The notes under the pieces: model-generated | The model's database searches: none | The model's input: only the letters and a program-made list of their open reading frames with translations | What the model was told of the DNA's origin: nothing | Position numbers and translations under genes: made by a program | Part shown: positions 28,767-38,341 of the stretch, piece after piece | Layout: each line of letters begins with the position of its first letter | Position numbering within the stretch: position 1 is the stretch's first letter | DNA from: Candidatus Calescibacterium sp. | GTDB taxonomy: Bacteria > Calescibacteriota > Calescibacteriia > Calescibacteriales > Calescibacteriaceae | DNA: 64,000 nucleotides | Assembly (NCBI GenBank): GCA_032249135.1 | Contig: JAVVGL010000001.1 | Coordinates: forward strand, 64,001-128,000 | Reading direction: 5' to 3'

Positions 28767-30317
28767 CTAATCTTTAATTCCGAGTTTTTGTTTAGTATAT
28801 GGAGGCGGAAATCTATTTCCCCATTTTTCTATATTTTCCCACAAGTTTGAAATTTGAAGGAGCAAATCCTCTCTTCCGAAAGGAGCAATAATTTGTATTC
28901 CAGATGGAATTTCTGCTTTTTCATCTAACCATATAGGTAAGGAAATAGCAGGAACACCGGTTATGTTTGCATATTGAGTGAATGGAGTTCTCTGAAAATT
29001 TTTTATTTCAAGCTGTCTTAAAATATTGCGGAAAACTTTTACTTTATCCATAAGTTTAAAAAGCCCAAGTCTTACTGAAATTCTCAAAAATTCTTCTTGA
29101 ATTTTTGGAGGTTTTAGTTCTCCTATTTTTGCAGGTAAAAATGCACAAGTTGGTGTCAGAAAAACGTCATACTTTTCAAAAAATAAGTTGAGCTTGTATA
29201 TAAGCTCATATCTTTTCCATGTTGAAAGAATATAATCACCCGATGACCTTAATTCCCCCAACGCAAAAAGAGAAAGAGTCGTAGCTTCAACTTCCGAAAA
29301 AACTCTTTTTCCGTATTTTTCTTTAAGCTCTTTCACAAGAGCATTTGCCTCACCATAATACATAGAAAGGAAAACATGGAAAATATCCCATCCCCATCCC
29401 TCAGGTTCTTTTTCTTCAACATACCAGCCTATTTTTTCAAATTCTCTTGCAGCTTTCAAAACTGCATCTTTATAGAATTTGTCAACAGGAGTATCTATGG
29501 GAGATCTTGTTGTAAAGGCAACTTTCAACTTTTTTGGCTCCCTTCTATAAACCTCAGAGTATTTTTCCTTTGGAAGTTCAATTTTGAAAGGAGATGTTAA
29601 AGAATATCCACTAACAACATCCAAAAGAAAAGCTACATCTTGCGTAGTTCTTGCAAAGAAAAAATTTACTCCAAATCCTTGCCATATCTCACCTCGGGGA
29701 GGACCTGCCGGAGTTCTTCCGCGTGAGGGTTTCAAACCTATTAAACCTGTATAGCATGCTGGAATTCTTATAGAACCTCCTCCATCACTTCCTGACGCAA
29801 CCGGAACCATGCAACTTGCAACAGCAGAAGCAGAACCACCAGATGATCCACCCGGAGTAAGTTCCAAGTTCCAAGGATTCCTTGTCGGACCAAAAAGATC
29901 GGGTTCGGTATATCCTAAAAATCCAAATTCAGATGTGTTAGTTTTTCCAAAAATTAATCCACCGTGTTTTCTTATTCTTGATACAAACTCACTTTCATAA
30001 TCTGGTATAAAATCTTTGAGAATTTTTGATCCATCAGTTGATCTGACACCCGGATAATGTTGTCTGAGGTCTTTTAAAAGCAGGGGAACACTATAGATTT
30101 TTCCATTTTCTTTTACTTCTGGTTTTTCTAAATTTTTCAAATCATCTTTGGCTTTTTCCTCCATCCATATGACTATTGCGTTAAGGTCAGAATTTAGTTC
30201 GTGCGAAACTTGGATTGCCGTCTCAAGAATTTCAGAAGGTCTAACTTCTCCTCTCTTTATCAGATCTACAATCTGTGTAGCCGAAAGTTTTATATACTCC
30301 TCTTTCTTGATCATCAA
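28767..30317 (-). CDS. Amidase signature family protein
   Basis: VPLLLKD, GKTNTSEFG, TPGGSSGGSA, GSDGGGSIRIPA. Confidence 0.93.
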   Translation of the reverse strand: MMIKKEEYIKLSATQIVDLIKRGEVRPSEILETAIQVSHELNSDLNAIVIWMEEKAKDDLKNLEKPEVKENGKIYSVPLLLKDLRQHYPGVRSTDGSKILKDFIPDYESEFVSRIRKHGGLIFGKTNTSEFGFLGYTEPDLFGPTRNPWNLELTPGGSSGGSASAVASCMVPVASGSDGGGSIRIPACYTGLIGLKPSRGRTPAGPPRGEIWQGFGVNFFFARTTQDVAFLLDVVSGYSLTSPFKIELPKEKYSEVYRREPKKLKVAFTTRSPIDTPVDKFYKDAVLKAAREFEKIGWYVEEKEPEGWGWDIFHVFLSMYYGEANALVKELKEKYGKRVFSEVEATTLSLFALGELRSSGDYILSTWKRYELIYKLNLFFEKYDVFLTPTCAFLPAKIGELKPPKIQEEFLRISVRLGLFKLMDKVKVFRNILRQLEIKNFQRTPFTQYANITGVPAISLPIWLDEKAEIPSGIQIIAPFGREDLLLQISNLWENIEKWGNRFPPPYTKQKLGIKD

Positions 30318-30356
30318 ATTAAATTTTATTCTTTTTTGTGAGAAAGAAAAAAGATT

Positions 30357-30920
30357 TTAGATGTTGAAGATATGAAAGAAAGCGAAAAAGAAAATAGTTA
30401 TGTATATGGCAAATATAATGTCAAGTATTAACCCAGCTTTTATCATGTCTTTTAATTTGATATATCCTGTGCCATAGACGATAGCATTAGGCGGAGCAGC
30501 AATTGGAAGCATAAAAGCCATAGAGACAGCAACAACAACAGGTATAAAAACATTTTGAGGTAAAATCCCAGATTTTGAGCAAACTGAAATCAAGATCGGA
30601 ACAAACATTGAAGCAGCCGCCGTATTTGATGAAATAATCTATTTCAAGAACAGCCGCTTTAGCGTAATTTCTCCCCACTTTTGCATCGCCCCAGCTATTA
30701 AGAAACCTGCAATGAAGAGAAAAATAACAGGGTTCGCATATGCAAATACAACCTTCATACTATGAGCAAGTTTCAAGACATCTTGAGTTTCCTCCGAGAC
30801 AGAAAGTTTCAGCTTTGCGTATTCAACAAAAGTTTCGCTCGGTGGCAGAACTAAAATCAAGATAAATAAAGATAAACCTGCAAAAAGTCCGAAATTACCC
30901 TTGATTTTCTCAAATCTCAA
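30357..30920 (-). pseudogene. Internally deleted DASS/SLC13 anion:sodium symporter
   Basis: Fragments AYANPVIFLFIAGFLIA, SNTAAASMFVPI and AFMLPIAAPPNAIVYG in ~560 bp; most of the central region missing. Confidence 0.85.
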
Positions 30921-30935
30921 TTTTTTTCCATTCTT

Positions 30936-31211
30936 CTATTTTTTTGCTTCTTGCTTTTCAGCTTGTTTTTCTTCTTTTTTCTCTTCTGCTTCTCTTTTTT
31001 CTTTTCTTCTCTTTTCCTTTTCTTCTCTTATTTCCTGTGCTGATTTTATAAGTTTTAGCCCTCTATAATATCCACATTCTAGACAAACTTTATGAGGCTC
31101 TTTCAGAGCCCCGCACTGGGGACAAACTTCAAGGTTCGGAGGTATAACTTTAAGATGAGCCCGCGTCCTCTTTGCTCTCATTCTACTCCTTTTTGATTTT
31201 GGAACACCCAT
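30936..31211 (-). CDS. rpmF: 50S ribosomal protein L32 (Zn-ribbon form, charged C-terminal tail)
   Basis: MGVPKSKRS, CPQCG..PHKVCLECGYYRG. Confidence 0.95.
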   Translation of the reverse strand: MGVPKSKRSRMRAKRTRAHLKVIPPNLEVCPQCGALKEPHKVCLECGYYRGLKLIKSAQEIREEKEKRRKEKREAEEKKEEKQAEKQEAKK

Positions 31212-31299
31212 TTCAGTCTCTTTTAGCTATTTTTGAATTAGGTTTCAAAAAAACAGGAAATTTCTTTTTGATATTCTATCCTCAAAAAATTATTATTTT

Positions 31300-31881
31300 A
31301 TGGTTGGAGTACAGAGCTTGAAGGTTTCCCCACAAATTAAATTCCATGCAGCTTTTAAAGAATGGAACTCAGTAATTGAAGCTCTTGGCTCAGGAGAACA
31401 AATAATTATTTTGAGAAAAGGAGGAATAATTGAAGATGAAGGAGATTTCGTTCCTAAAGAAAAATTTTTCTTTCTATTTCCAACAAAAACACATGAGAAA
31501 CCAGAGCTACTCAAAAAAACTTTTCCCCAAGATAATCTTGGAGAAAACGAAATAAAAATAAAGTACTGGGCAGAGGTTGTTCTTGCGAAAAAAATCAAAA
31601 ACAAAGAAATACTAAAAAAAATAGATGATTTCCATATATGGAAATATGAGGTTGTAGAGGAAAGATTTCACAGGTGGCAGAACGATGAAGTTTGGGCACT
31701 CGTTGTAAGAGTATTCAAATTAAAAAACCCTGTCATAATTAATAATCATCCAGATTACGCAGGATGCAAATCTTGGATAGAAATAAAAGACGAAATAGAC
31801 ATAACACAATCCGAACCTGTGCTTTCAGATGAAGAATTTGAAAAAAAATTCAAAATGGTAAAGGAAATACTTGAAGAATAA
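31300..31881 (+). CDS. DUF1802 family protein
   Basis: AFKEW...ALGSGEQIIILRKGGI, LFPT..HE, YAGCKSW. Confidence 0.88.
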   Translation: MVGVQSLKVSPQIKFHAAFKEWNSVIEALGSGEQIIILRKGGIIEDEGDFVPKEKFFFLFPTKTHEKPELLKKTFPQDNLGENEIKIKYWAEVVLAKKIKNKEILKKIDDFHIWKYEVVEERFHRWQNDEVWALVVRVFKLKNPVIINNHPDYAGCKSWIEIKDEIDITQSEPVLSDEEFEKKFKMVKEILEE

Positions 31882-31965
31882 GTTTTATAAAGAATAACTT
31901 TCACGGAAGAAGGATAAGCTTTATGATATTGACATCATACTTATCTTAATCATCTCCAACTTATT

Positions 31966-33603
31966 TCACTTTTCCAAAATTTCTGTACGCTGGTAAATTG
32001 AAAAGAACGAACAGGCGGGTATTGATGGTTTTCCTTCTTCGTCTCTTTCATAACAACCACATGTTGGATGAAATTCGCAGGGTGTCCAAGCAGATTCAGA
32101 GCACAAACAAGGTTTATAAACGAAAATAAGAGAAGTATTCAAGTACTCTCTCTCCAAGATAATAAAGTCCCAATCTGTGTAAGGGGGAGCAGGAAATTTT
32201 TCCTCCCACCTATAATAGTCAATCACCTCCCCCTTAGAAGGTTCAATATGAATATATAATTTCCCATCTTCATAATAAATTTTTATTACAAAGTAATGAT
32301 CCCCCCCATAATACCACCTTTCGTTATACAAGCCTATGGCAAGTATAAACTTTTTTGAAAAATCAACTTTTATCTCACTTCCAGAAAAACATATTAGCTG
32401 ATCCTCCGATGTTACTTTGTAATAAAGAATTGTAACTCGGGTCGGATAAATAGTATCCCTGAACTCCGGAGTTTTACATTTTGCAGTTCCTAAGCCTACC
32501 TCTATTATCTTCTTCCCGTCGCCAGTATAGTATTCTCTTTCTCCGTATGTAGAGCATGGGGTTTCGTAAGTATAAATGTATGTGGATGAGAATTGAAAAT
32601 TGGTTGGTCTAAGGCAACGAATAAGAAATTCTCCCCGTTCTTTAGCAATAGAGTTATTAATAGGATCAGTAGAGTCAAACCCCCACAAATAGTCAAACTC
32701 ACTCCATTCATCAATAATTCCATCCTCATCATTATCAATTCCATCACAGCCAGGAAATGTTAAAGGGCAAACATATTCTACTTGTATTTTCCCACTGTCA
32801 TCAACTTTGCCATCGCAATCATTATCTATTCCATCTTGTAAATCAAAAACCTCCGGATTTTTTTTAGAATCTTCATCATCACAATCCCCTGAAAGAGTTG
32901 TAATACCAGTAGGAAATTTAAATTCGGAAAATTTAAAATAACACATTAAACCCATCTCTGAAATACCATATCCATCTCCGTCGCTGTCCCGATAAACCTT
33001 AGGACAACTTAAACAAACTATGTTTGAAAATTCAGAATCTCCTCCTTTACCATAAGCTAAAACGCCGTAGCAATGTTCCTTCCCTTCCTTTTCTTCAATC
33101 TCAAAAGATGTAACAGAAGAGGGGGCAAGTCCTATTGCAACAAACTTATCTTGAATTTTTTTTAAAATCTTGAAACCAATTCCTTCGCCTCCATTCCCAT
33201 GCCATATTATTTTTATTTTGTTCCCATCAAAGATGTGAATTTGTAAATAAGGAGAAGGTGGAGGTGATATTTTTTTATTTTCTTTGGGAATTTTAACACA
33301 AGCTTCACCTAAACTTATCTCCTGACCGGCTGATTTTGCTTTCACTTCCCAACAATATCTTTTCCCAGGTTCCACACCACCGTCAGGATAGAAAGTAATT
33401 GAAGACGGAAACAAAGCAAGAAGTTCTTTTGAGTTATCTATTACCCTTGAGACCTCGTATGAATCTACTTTCTCTTTTCCTTCCCATTTGACAAAAACAA
33501 GTTTTGATGATATAACTTCTAATTCTATTAGGTTCTGAATCGTTTTATCTTCACATAAAAGTAGGAGGAAGGAAAGAGAAAAAATAAAAAAGATTTTTTT
33601 CAT
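31966..33603 (-). CDS. Secreted/lipoprotein with two fibronectin III-like domains and Asp-rich putative metal-binding repeats
   Basis: Signal MKKIFF...LLLC; PGKRYCWEVKA and HCYGVLAY FN3-like strands; DSDGDGYG..GDCDD..DGIDNDCDGKVDD and CDGIDNDEDGIIDE. Confidence 0.72.
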   Translation of the reverse strand: MKKIFFIFSLSFLLLLCEDKTIQNLIELEVISSKLVFVKWEGKEKVDSYEVSRVIDNSKELLALFPSSITFYPDGGVEPGKRYCWEVKAKSAGQEISLGEACVKIPKENKKISPPPSPYLQIHIFDGNKIKIIWHGNGGEGIGFKILKKIQDKFVAIGLAPSSVTSFEIEEKEGKEHCYGVLAYGKGGDSEFSNIVCLSCPKVYRDSDGDGYGISEMGLMCYFKFSEFKFPTGITTLSGDCDDEDSKKNPEVFDLQDGIDNDCDGKVDDSGKIQVEYVCPLTFPGCDGIDNDEDGIIDEWSEFDYLWGFDSTDPINNSIAKERGEFLIRCLRPTNFQFSSTYIYTYETPCSTYGEREYYTGDGKKIIEVGLGTAKCKTPEFRDTIYPTRVTILYYKVTSEDQLICFSGSEIKVDFSKKFILAIGLYNERWYYGGDHYFVIKIYYEDGKLYIHIEPSKGEVIDYYRWEEKFPAPPYTDWDFIILEREYLNTSLIFVYKPCLCSESAWTPCEFHPTCGCYERDEEGKPSIPACSFFSIYQRTEILEK

Positions 33604-33830
33604 TCTTGTTTTTTTCAACATCATAGACAATATAAATCCTGTAATCTAAGATCTGAACTTCTCAATACTTATATTTTAAATCATCATCTAACTTTAATTG
33701 TTGGTGAATTAACTTCTTTACGTTTGCCAATTGAGAAATTAAAGCTCTTATCAGCTTGCGGGTTAGATTTTGCTATCTGAATATAATTATTTTTTACATT
33801 GTTTTGTATTGGTATGTTAAAAACAGACTG

Positions 33831-34379
33831 TCAAATTTTTTTACCCTTTTCTAAAATCAAAACCCCATCTTTTTCGGCTCCTTTCTCCTTCAACATAACC
33901 TCTACAATCTCGTCATCACTTACTTTCAGATGCGCAGAAAAAAAGTCAGGATGAATAGGCAATTCCCTCCCTACCCTATTTATCAAAGTAAATAACCTTA
34001 CCTCCTTTGGTCTCCCAAACTCAAAAATTTCAGATAAAGCTGCTCTTACAGTTCTACCCGTATATATAACATCATCAATAAGATATATTTTCGCATCATC
34101 AACAGGAAAATTCATTTCGGTTCCCTTAACTATTGGATGAGGATTTCGTGTGAGGTCATCTCTCCAAAATGTTATATCAATTGAACCAAAGAAAAAATTT
34201 ATATTTTTTTGCTGAGTTTCAGATTTCAATCTCTCATAAATTCTTTTAGCTAAGAAAAATCCACCTGTTTTTATACCAACAATTGCTATGTTATCTTGAT
34301 GTTTGGCATTATCTAATATTATATCTTTTGCCTCTGACACAAATTTCTCAATAATTTCCGGTCCGAAAAGAACTCTCAT
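33831..34379 (-). CDS. pyrR: Bifunctional pyr operon regulator / uracil phosphoribosyltransferase
   Basis: IDITFWRDD, LIDDVIYTGRTVRAAL, RELPIHPDF. Confidence 0.92.
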   Translation of the reverse strand: MRVLFGPEIIEKFVSEAKDIILDNAKHQDNIAIVGIKTGGFFLAKRIYERLKSETQQKNINFFFGSIDITFWRDDLTRNPHPIVKGTEMNFPVDDAKIYLIDDVIYTGRTVRAALSEIFEFGRPKEVRLFTLINRVGRELPIHPDFFSAHLKVSDDEIVEVMLKEKGAEKDGVLILEKGKKI

Positions 34380-34903
34380 GCTTTCTTTTCCTCTGACTTT
34401 TTCAATTCAAGAGCTTTTTTGAATTCATTCACCATCTCATCATCAATATCTATCAATATAACTTTTTTGAGCTTTTTTGCTTTGAAGTTGAGTATTGTTT
34501 CTATCATAGCCTCAGCGGCGTCTTTTTTGCTTACACCTCCAACACCTGTCCCCATCCCAGGCATAGCTATGACCTCAAACCCCATATTTTCTGCCTCTTC
34601 AAGTGCAGCTTGGGTTGCTTTCTTTACATTCTCAACCCCTATCCTCATCGCAGGTCTTTCCATAGTTGGAGCATGAATTATACCCTTGAATTTATCTCTA
34701 AGCTTACCCGCAGAAGTCGTTACAGCTTTTCCAACTGGGATTGGCGCTTTCTCAATTGCTTCTTTTTCAACTTCATCTCCGCATGTTCTTTTGAGGAAAC
34801 CAGCAACACCACCTCCCATATATCCGAGAGAGTTTGCAGCATTTACAACAGCATCTGCCTCACAATCAATTATACTTCCCTTTCTTACCTCTATCTCCAC
34901 CAT
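34376..34903 (-). CDS. Macro domain (ADP-ribose binding) protein
   Basis: AVVNAAN, MGGGVAG, IIHAPTM, AMPGMGTGVGG. Confidence 0.93.
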   Translation of the reverse strand: MVEIEVRKGSIIDCEADAVVNAANSLGYMGGGVAGFLKRTCGDEVEKEAIEKAPIPVGKAVTTSAGKLRDKFKGIIHAPTMERPAMRIGVENVKKATQAALEEAENMGFEVIAMPGMGTGVGGVSKKDAAEAMIETILNFKAKKLKKVILIDIDDEMVNEFKKALELKKSEEKKA

Positions 34904-34991
34904 ATAAAATCACAAGTAGGTAATTTTAAACTGAACAGAAAATAGTCAGAATTTTATTTTTTAATTTTATTTTTCCTTAACTTATAATTTT

Positions 34992-36239
34992 ATGGGATTG
35001 GCAAGAGAAATAGCCGAAAAAGCAAAAAAGGCTCAGCCGCAAATAGCGAGAGCCAGTTCAGACAAAAAAAATAAAATACTTCAAAAAATAGCAGAATACC
35101 TTGAAGAAAATATAGAGAGCATCCTGAGTGCAAACCAAAAAGATTTATCTAATGCTGAAAAAAACGGAGCAAACAAAGCATTACTTGATAGACTTAAACT
35201 TGATGAAAAAAGAGTAAAAGCTTTAATAAAATCAGTAGAGGAAATAATAAAGTTGCCAGATCCGGTAGGTCAAATTATAGAAATGAAGCCAAGACCAAAT
35301 GGACTCCTGGTTGGAAGAATGAGAATACCCCTTGGAGTAATTGCCACTATCTATGAGGCAAGACCCGGAGTCACGGTAGATATAGCATCTTTGTGCATAA
35401 AATCTGGGAACGCAGTCATTTTGCGCGGAGGCTCCGAAGCTCTCGAAACAAATTCAGTACTTGTTCAATTAATAAAAAAAGCAATAAAAGACGAAGGAAT
35501 AGATGACAATATAGTTGGCTTTATAAATGATCCATCAAGAGAACATATTTTTGAGCTTCTAAAACTTGAAGAACTTATAGATCTTGTGATACCACGAGGA
35601 GGAGAAGGACTTATAAGATTTGTTGCAGAAAATTCAAGAGTGCCCGTTCTGAAACACTACAAAGGAGTATGCCATATATTTGTTGATGAATTCGCAGACC
35701 TTGAAAAAGCTTACAAAGTCTGCCTCAATGCAAAGGTTCAAAGACCATCAGTATGCAACGCTATGGAAACTTTACTTGTCCACGAAAAAATAGCAGAAAA
35801 ATTTCTTCCAACCATGGGAAAGATTTTCAGAGAACATGGAGTTGAACTGAGAGGATGCGAAAAAACAAGAAAAATAATCCCCTACGCTATACCAGCAACA
35901 GAAGATGATTGGTACGCAGAGTATCTTGACCTTATTTTAGCTGTAAAAGTTGTATCATCAATTGATGAAGCAATAGAACACATAAAAAAATATGGCTCAT
36001 CTCACACAGAAGCAATAATAACGGAAAACTTAGAGAATGCGATGAAATTCATAAGAGAAGTTGATTCATCATCTGTTATGGTCAATGCTTCAACAAGGTT
36101 TGCAGATGGATACGAATATGGACTCGGCGCAGAGGTTGGGATATCAACAACAAAACTCCATGCCTACGGTCCTATGGGACTTGAAGGTCTCACAACACTA
36201 AAATGGATAGTCTTCGGAAACGGACACATAAGAGAATGA
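34992..36239 (+). CDS. proA: Gamma-glutamyl phosphate reductase
   Basis: PLGVIATIYEARP, QRPSVCNAMETLL, NASTRFADG, HAYGPMGL. Confidence 0.96.
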   Translation: MGLAREIAEKAKKAQPQIARASSDKKNKILQKIAEYLEENIESILSANQKDLSNAEKNGANKALLDRLKLDEKRVKALIKSVEEIIKLPDPVGQIIEMKPRPNGLLVGRMRIPLGVIATIYEARPGVTVDIASLCIKSGNAVILRGGSEALETNSVLVQLIKKAIKDEGIDDNIVGFINDPSREHIFELLKLEELIDLVIPRGGEGLIRFVAENSRVPVLKHYKGVCHIFVDEFADLEKAYKVCLNAKVQRPSVCNAMETLLVHEKIAEKFLPTMGKIFREHGVELRGCEKTRKIIPYAIPATEDDWYAEYLDLILAVKVVSSIDEAIEHIKKYGSSHTEAIITENLENAMKFIREVDSSSVMVNASTRFADGYEYGLGAEVGISTTKLHAYGPMGLEGLTTLKWIVFGNGHIRE

Positions 36240-36325
36240 GAAAACAATAGAGAAAAAAAGAAAAGGAAAAATAAAAAACAAAAGCATAAAAAAAGAAAGG
36301 CAAATAAATAAAAAAGAAAGAAAGA

Positions 36326-37306
36326 ATGATAAACAGAGAAAAAAGATATAAATCTTTGAACGATTTTTTGAAAGAATACTTTGGGGAGAAAGTTTATAGA
36401 GTATCAGTAGATGGTGGTTTTACATGTCCTGTAAGAGATGGGACAAAAGGTTGGAGAGGATGTATATTTTGCAACATAAAAAGCTTCACTCCACCATATT
36501 CGGAAAGATGGAAAAGTGTAAAAGAACAAATCTTACAAGGAATTGAAATCGTAAGAAAAACAAGAAAAGCAAAAAAATATATGGTTTATTTCCAGCCTTA
36601 CACAAATACCTACGGAGAAGTAGAAAAATTAAGAAAACTTTACTATGAAGCTCTGGAATCTCATCAAGATATAGTTGGTCTATTTATAGGAACAAGACCA
36701 GATTGCCTTCCACAAGATGTCTTAGATTTACTTGAAGAAATAAATGAAAAAACTTTTCTTGTTGTAGAATTGGGACTTCAAACCGCAAACGACAAAACTC
36801 TTGAAATAATAAAAAGAGGACACACAGTTGAGGATTTTATAAAAGCAACTCAGGAACTTCACAAAAGAAAAATCAAAGTTCTTGTACATGTTATAATTGG
36901 ATTACCGGGTGACACAAGAGAAGATTACATCAACACTGCAAAACTTCTTTCCGAACTCGGAGTCTTTGCAGTCAAAATCCATCCACTTCATGTTGTCAAA
37001 TTCACCGAACTTGAAATATGGTATAAAGAAGGTAAATACACTCCATTAACTCTTGATGAATATGCAAACTATGCTGTTGAATTTCTTGAGTATTTAGATG
37101 ATTCAATTTATATTGCAAGGCTCACAGGAGAAGCTCCTGACAAACTTCTTGTAGCTCCAGAATGGTGTAAAAATAAATTCAAAGTGCTTGAAAAAATAGA
37201 GGGAATTCTTGAAGAGAAAAATACATATCAGGGAGCAAAGTGGAAAATAGAACTCAAGAAATCAGAAAGATTTGCTTTTCTTGCAAACTCTTCAAGTACT
37301 TCATAA
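36326..37306 (+). CDS. TIGR01212 (YhcC-like) radical SAM protein
   Basis: GFTCPVRDG..GCIFC, YFQPYTNTY, GTRPDC, ELGLQT, RLTGE. Confidence 0.9.
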   Translation: MINREKRYKSLNDFLKEYFGEKVYRVSVDGGFTCPVRDGTKGWRGCIFCNIKSFTPPYSERWKSVKEQILQGIEIVRKTRKAKKYMVYFQPYTNTYGEVEKLRKLYYEALESHQDIVGLFIGTRPDCLPQDVLDLLEEINEKTFLVVELGLQTANDKTLEIIKRGHTVEDFIKATQELHKRKIKVLVHVIIGLPGDTREDYINTAKLLSELGVFAVKIHPLHVVKFTELEIWYKEGKYTPLTLDEYANYAVEFLEYLDDSIYIARLTGEAPDKLLVAPEWCKNKFKVLEKIEGILEEKNTYQGAKWKIELKKSERFAFLANSSSTS

Positions 37307-38220
37307 GACACTATATCTTCAAAGAAATCCTCTATTAGGAAAACTTTATAATTTTTGAGTTCAAGCTTATTTTTTATTTCTTGTTTTTGTTTCTGAGATA
37401 GTAAAAAAAGTTTTTTATGAAATTCTTCCACACCTTTCGGAGAATTTATAGGGACACCATTTTCTGTAAAGTTCAAAAACCTATTTATTATAACAAATTT
37501 TATTTCTAACCCCCTTTGTTCTGTTTCCTTTATTATAGATATGAGTTCATCTATTTTATTATCATAAGGTATTGATACACCTACAAAGTATGTTTCTTCG
37601 CTTCTCAATATTTTTTCAGCTTCATAAGATATTTGCTGCATTTTATCAAAGACACTTTTTAGATTTCCGAGAAACTTTGCGAACTCAACAATAAAATCTA
37701 AACCTAAAATTTTTCCAGCCAAAGATAATGGACCTGCTAATTTTTTCCCACCAAAAGCCGCTATATCTAAAAAATATTTTATCGCATCTGTTTCAAACAA
37801 ATTCAAAATTTTTCTTGGAGCATCCAAAAAAGAGATGAATTTAGAAGATGGAGGAGTATCAACAACCATAAAATCAAAATCTTTCTCATATAGTTCCTGA
37901 ATTTTCAAAAAAGCAGAGTACTCCTCAGAGGGGAGCATTTCAGCTGCTATCTCAAAAAGCTTTGAATTTTTCAAATCTGAAATTCCGTATTTTTCTATGA
38001 ACCTCAAAAACTCATCTTTTTTGTTAACCTGAGTTACCCAGAGGTTTTTGTTTATCTGCCTTATTTCATCTATTTTTATAGATAGAGCAGATTTTAGCCT
38101 TTGAGCAGGATCAATAGTTATAAGTATTGTCTTATACTTTTTGCTTATCTCAATTGCAGCAGCCGCTGAAATCGTTGTCTTTCCAACACCACCCGGTCCC
38201 AAAAAAATCAAAACTTTCAT
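37228..38220 (-). CDS. ArsA/Get3-family ATPase
   Basis: GPGGVGKTT Walker A, ITIDPA, VVDTPP, IINR; start moved to ATG 38220. Confidence 0.85.
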   Translation of the reverse strand: MKVLIFLGPGGVGKTTISAAAAIEISKKYKTILITIDPAQRLKSALSIKIDEIRQINKNLWVTQVNKKDEFLRFIEKYGISDLKNSKLFEIAAEMLPSEEYSAFLKIQELYEKDFDFMVVDTPPSSKFISFLDAPRKILNLFETDAIKYFLDIAAFGGKKLAGPLSLAGKILGLDFIVEFAKFLGNLKSVFDKMQQISYEAEKILRSEETYFVGVSIPYDNKIDELISIIKETEQRGLEIKFVIINRFLNFTENGVPINSPKGVEEFHKKLFLLSQKQKQEIKNKLELKNYKVFLIEDFFEDIVSYEVLEEFARKANLSDFLSSIFHFAP

Positions 38221-38341
38221 TTTTTTGAATTTACTCTTTTCAAAAATCAAAGGTGATTTAAGCAAAAAAGCTCTATTGGTGGTATACACCAAAAACCTTT
38301 GATAAAGTAGGCACTATTTATTCCTGCGAGTTAATCAACGA

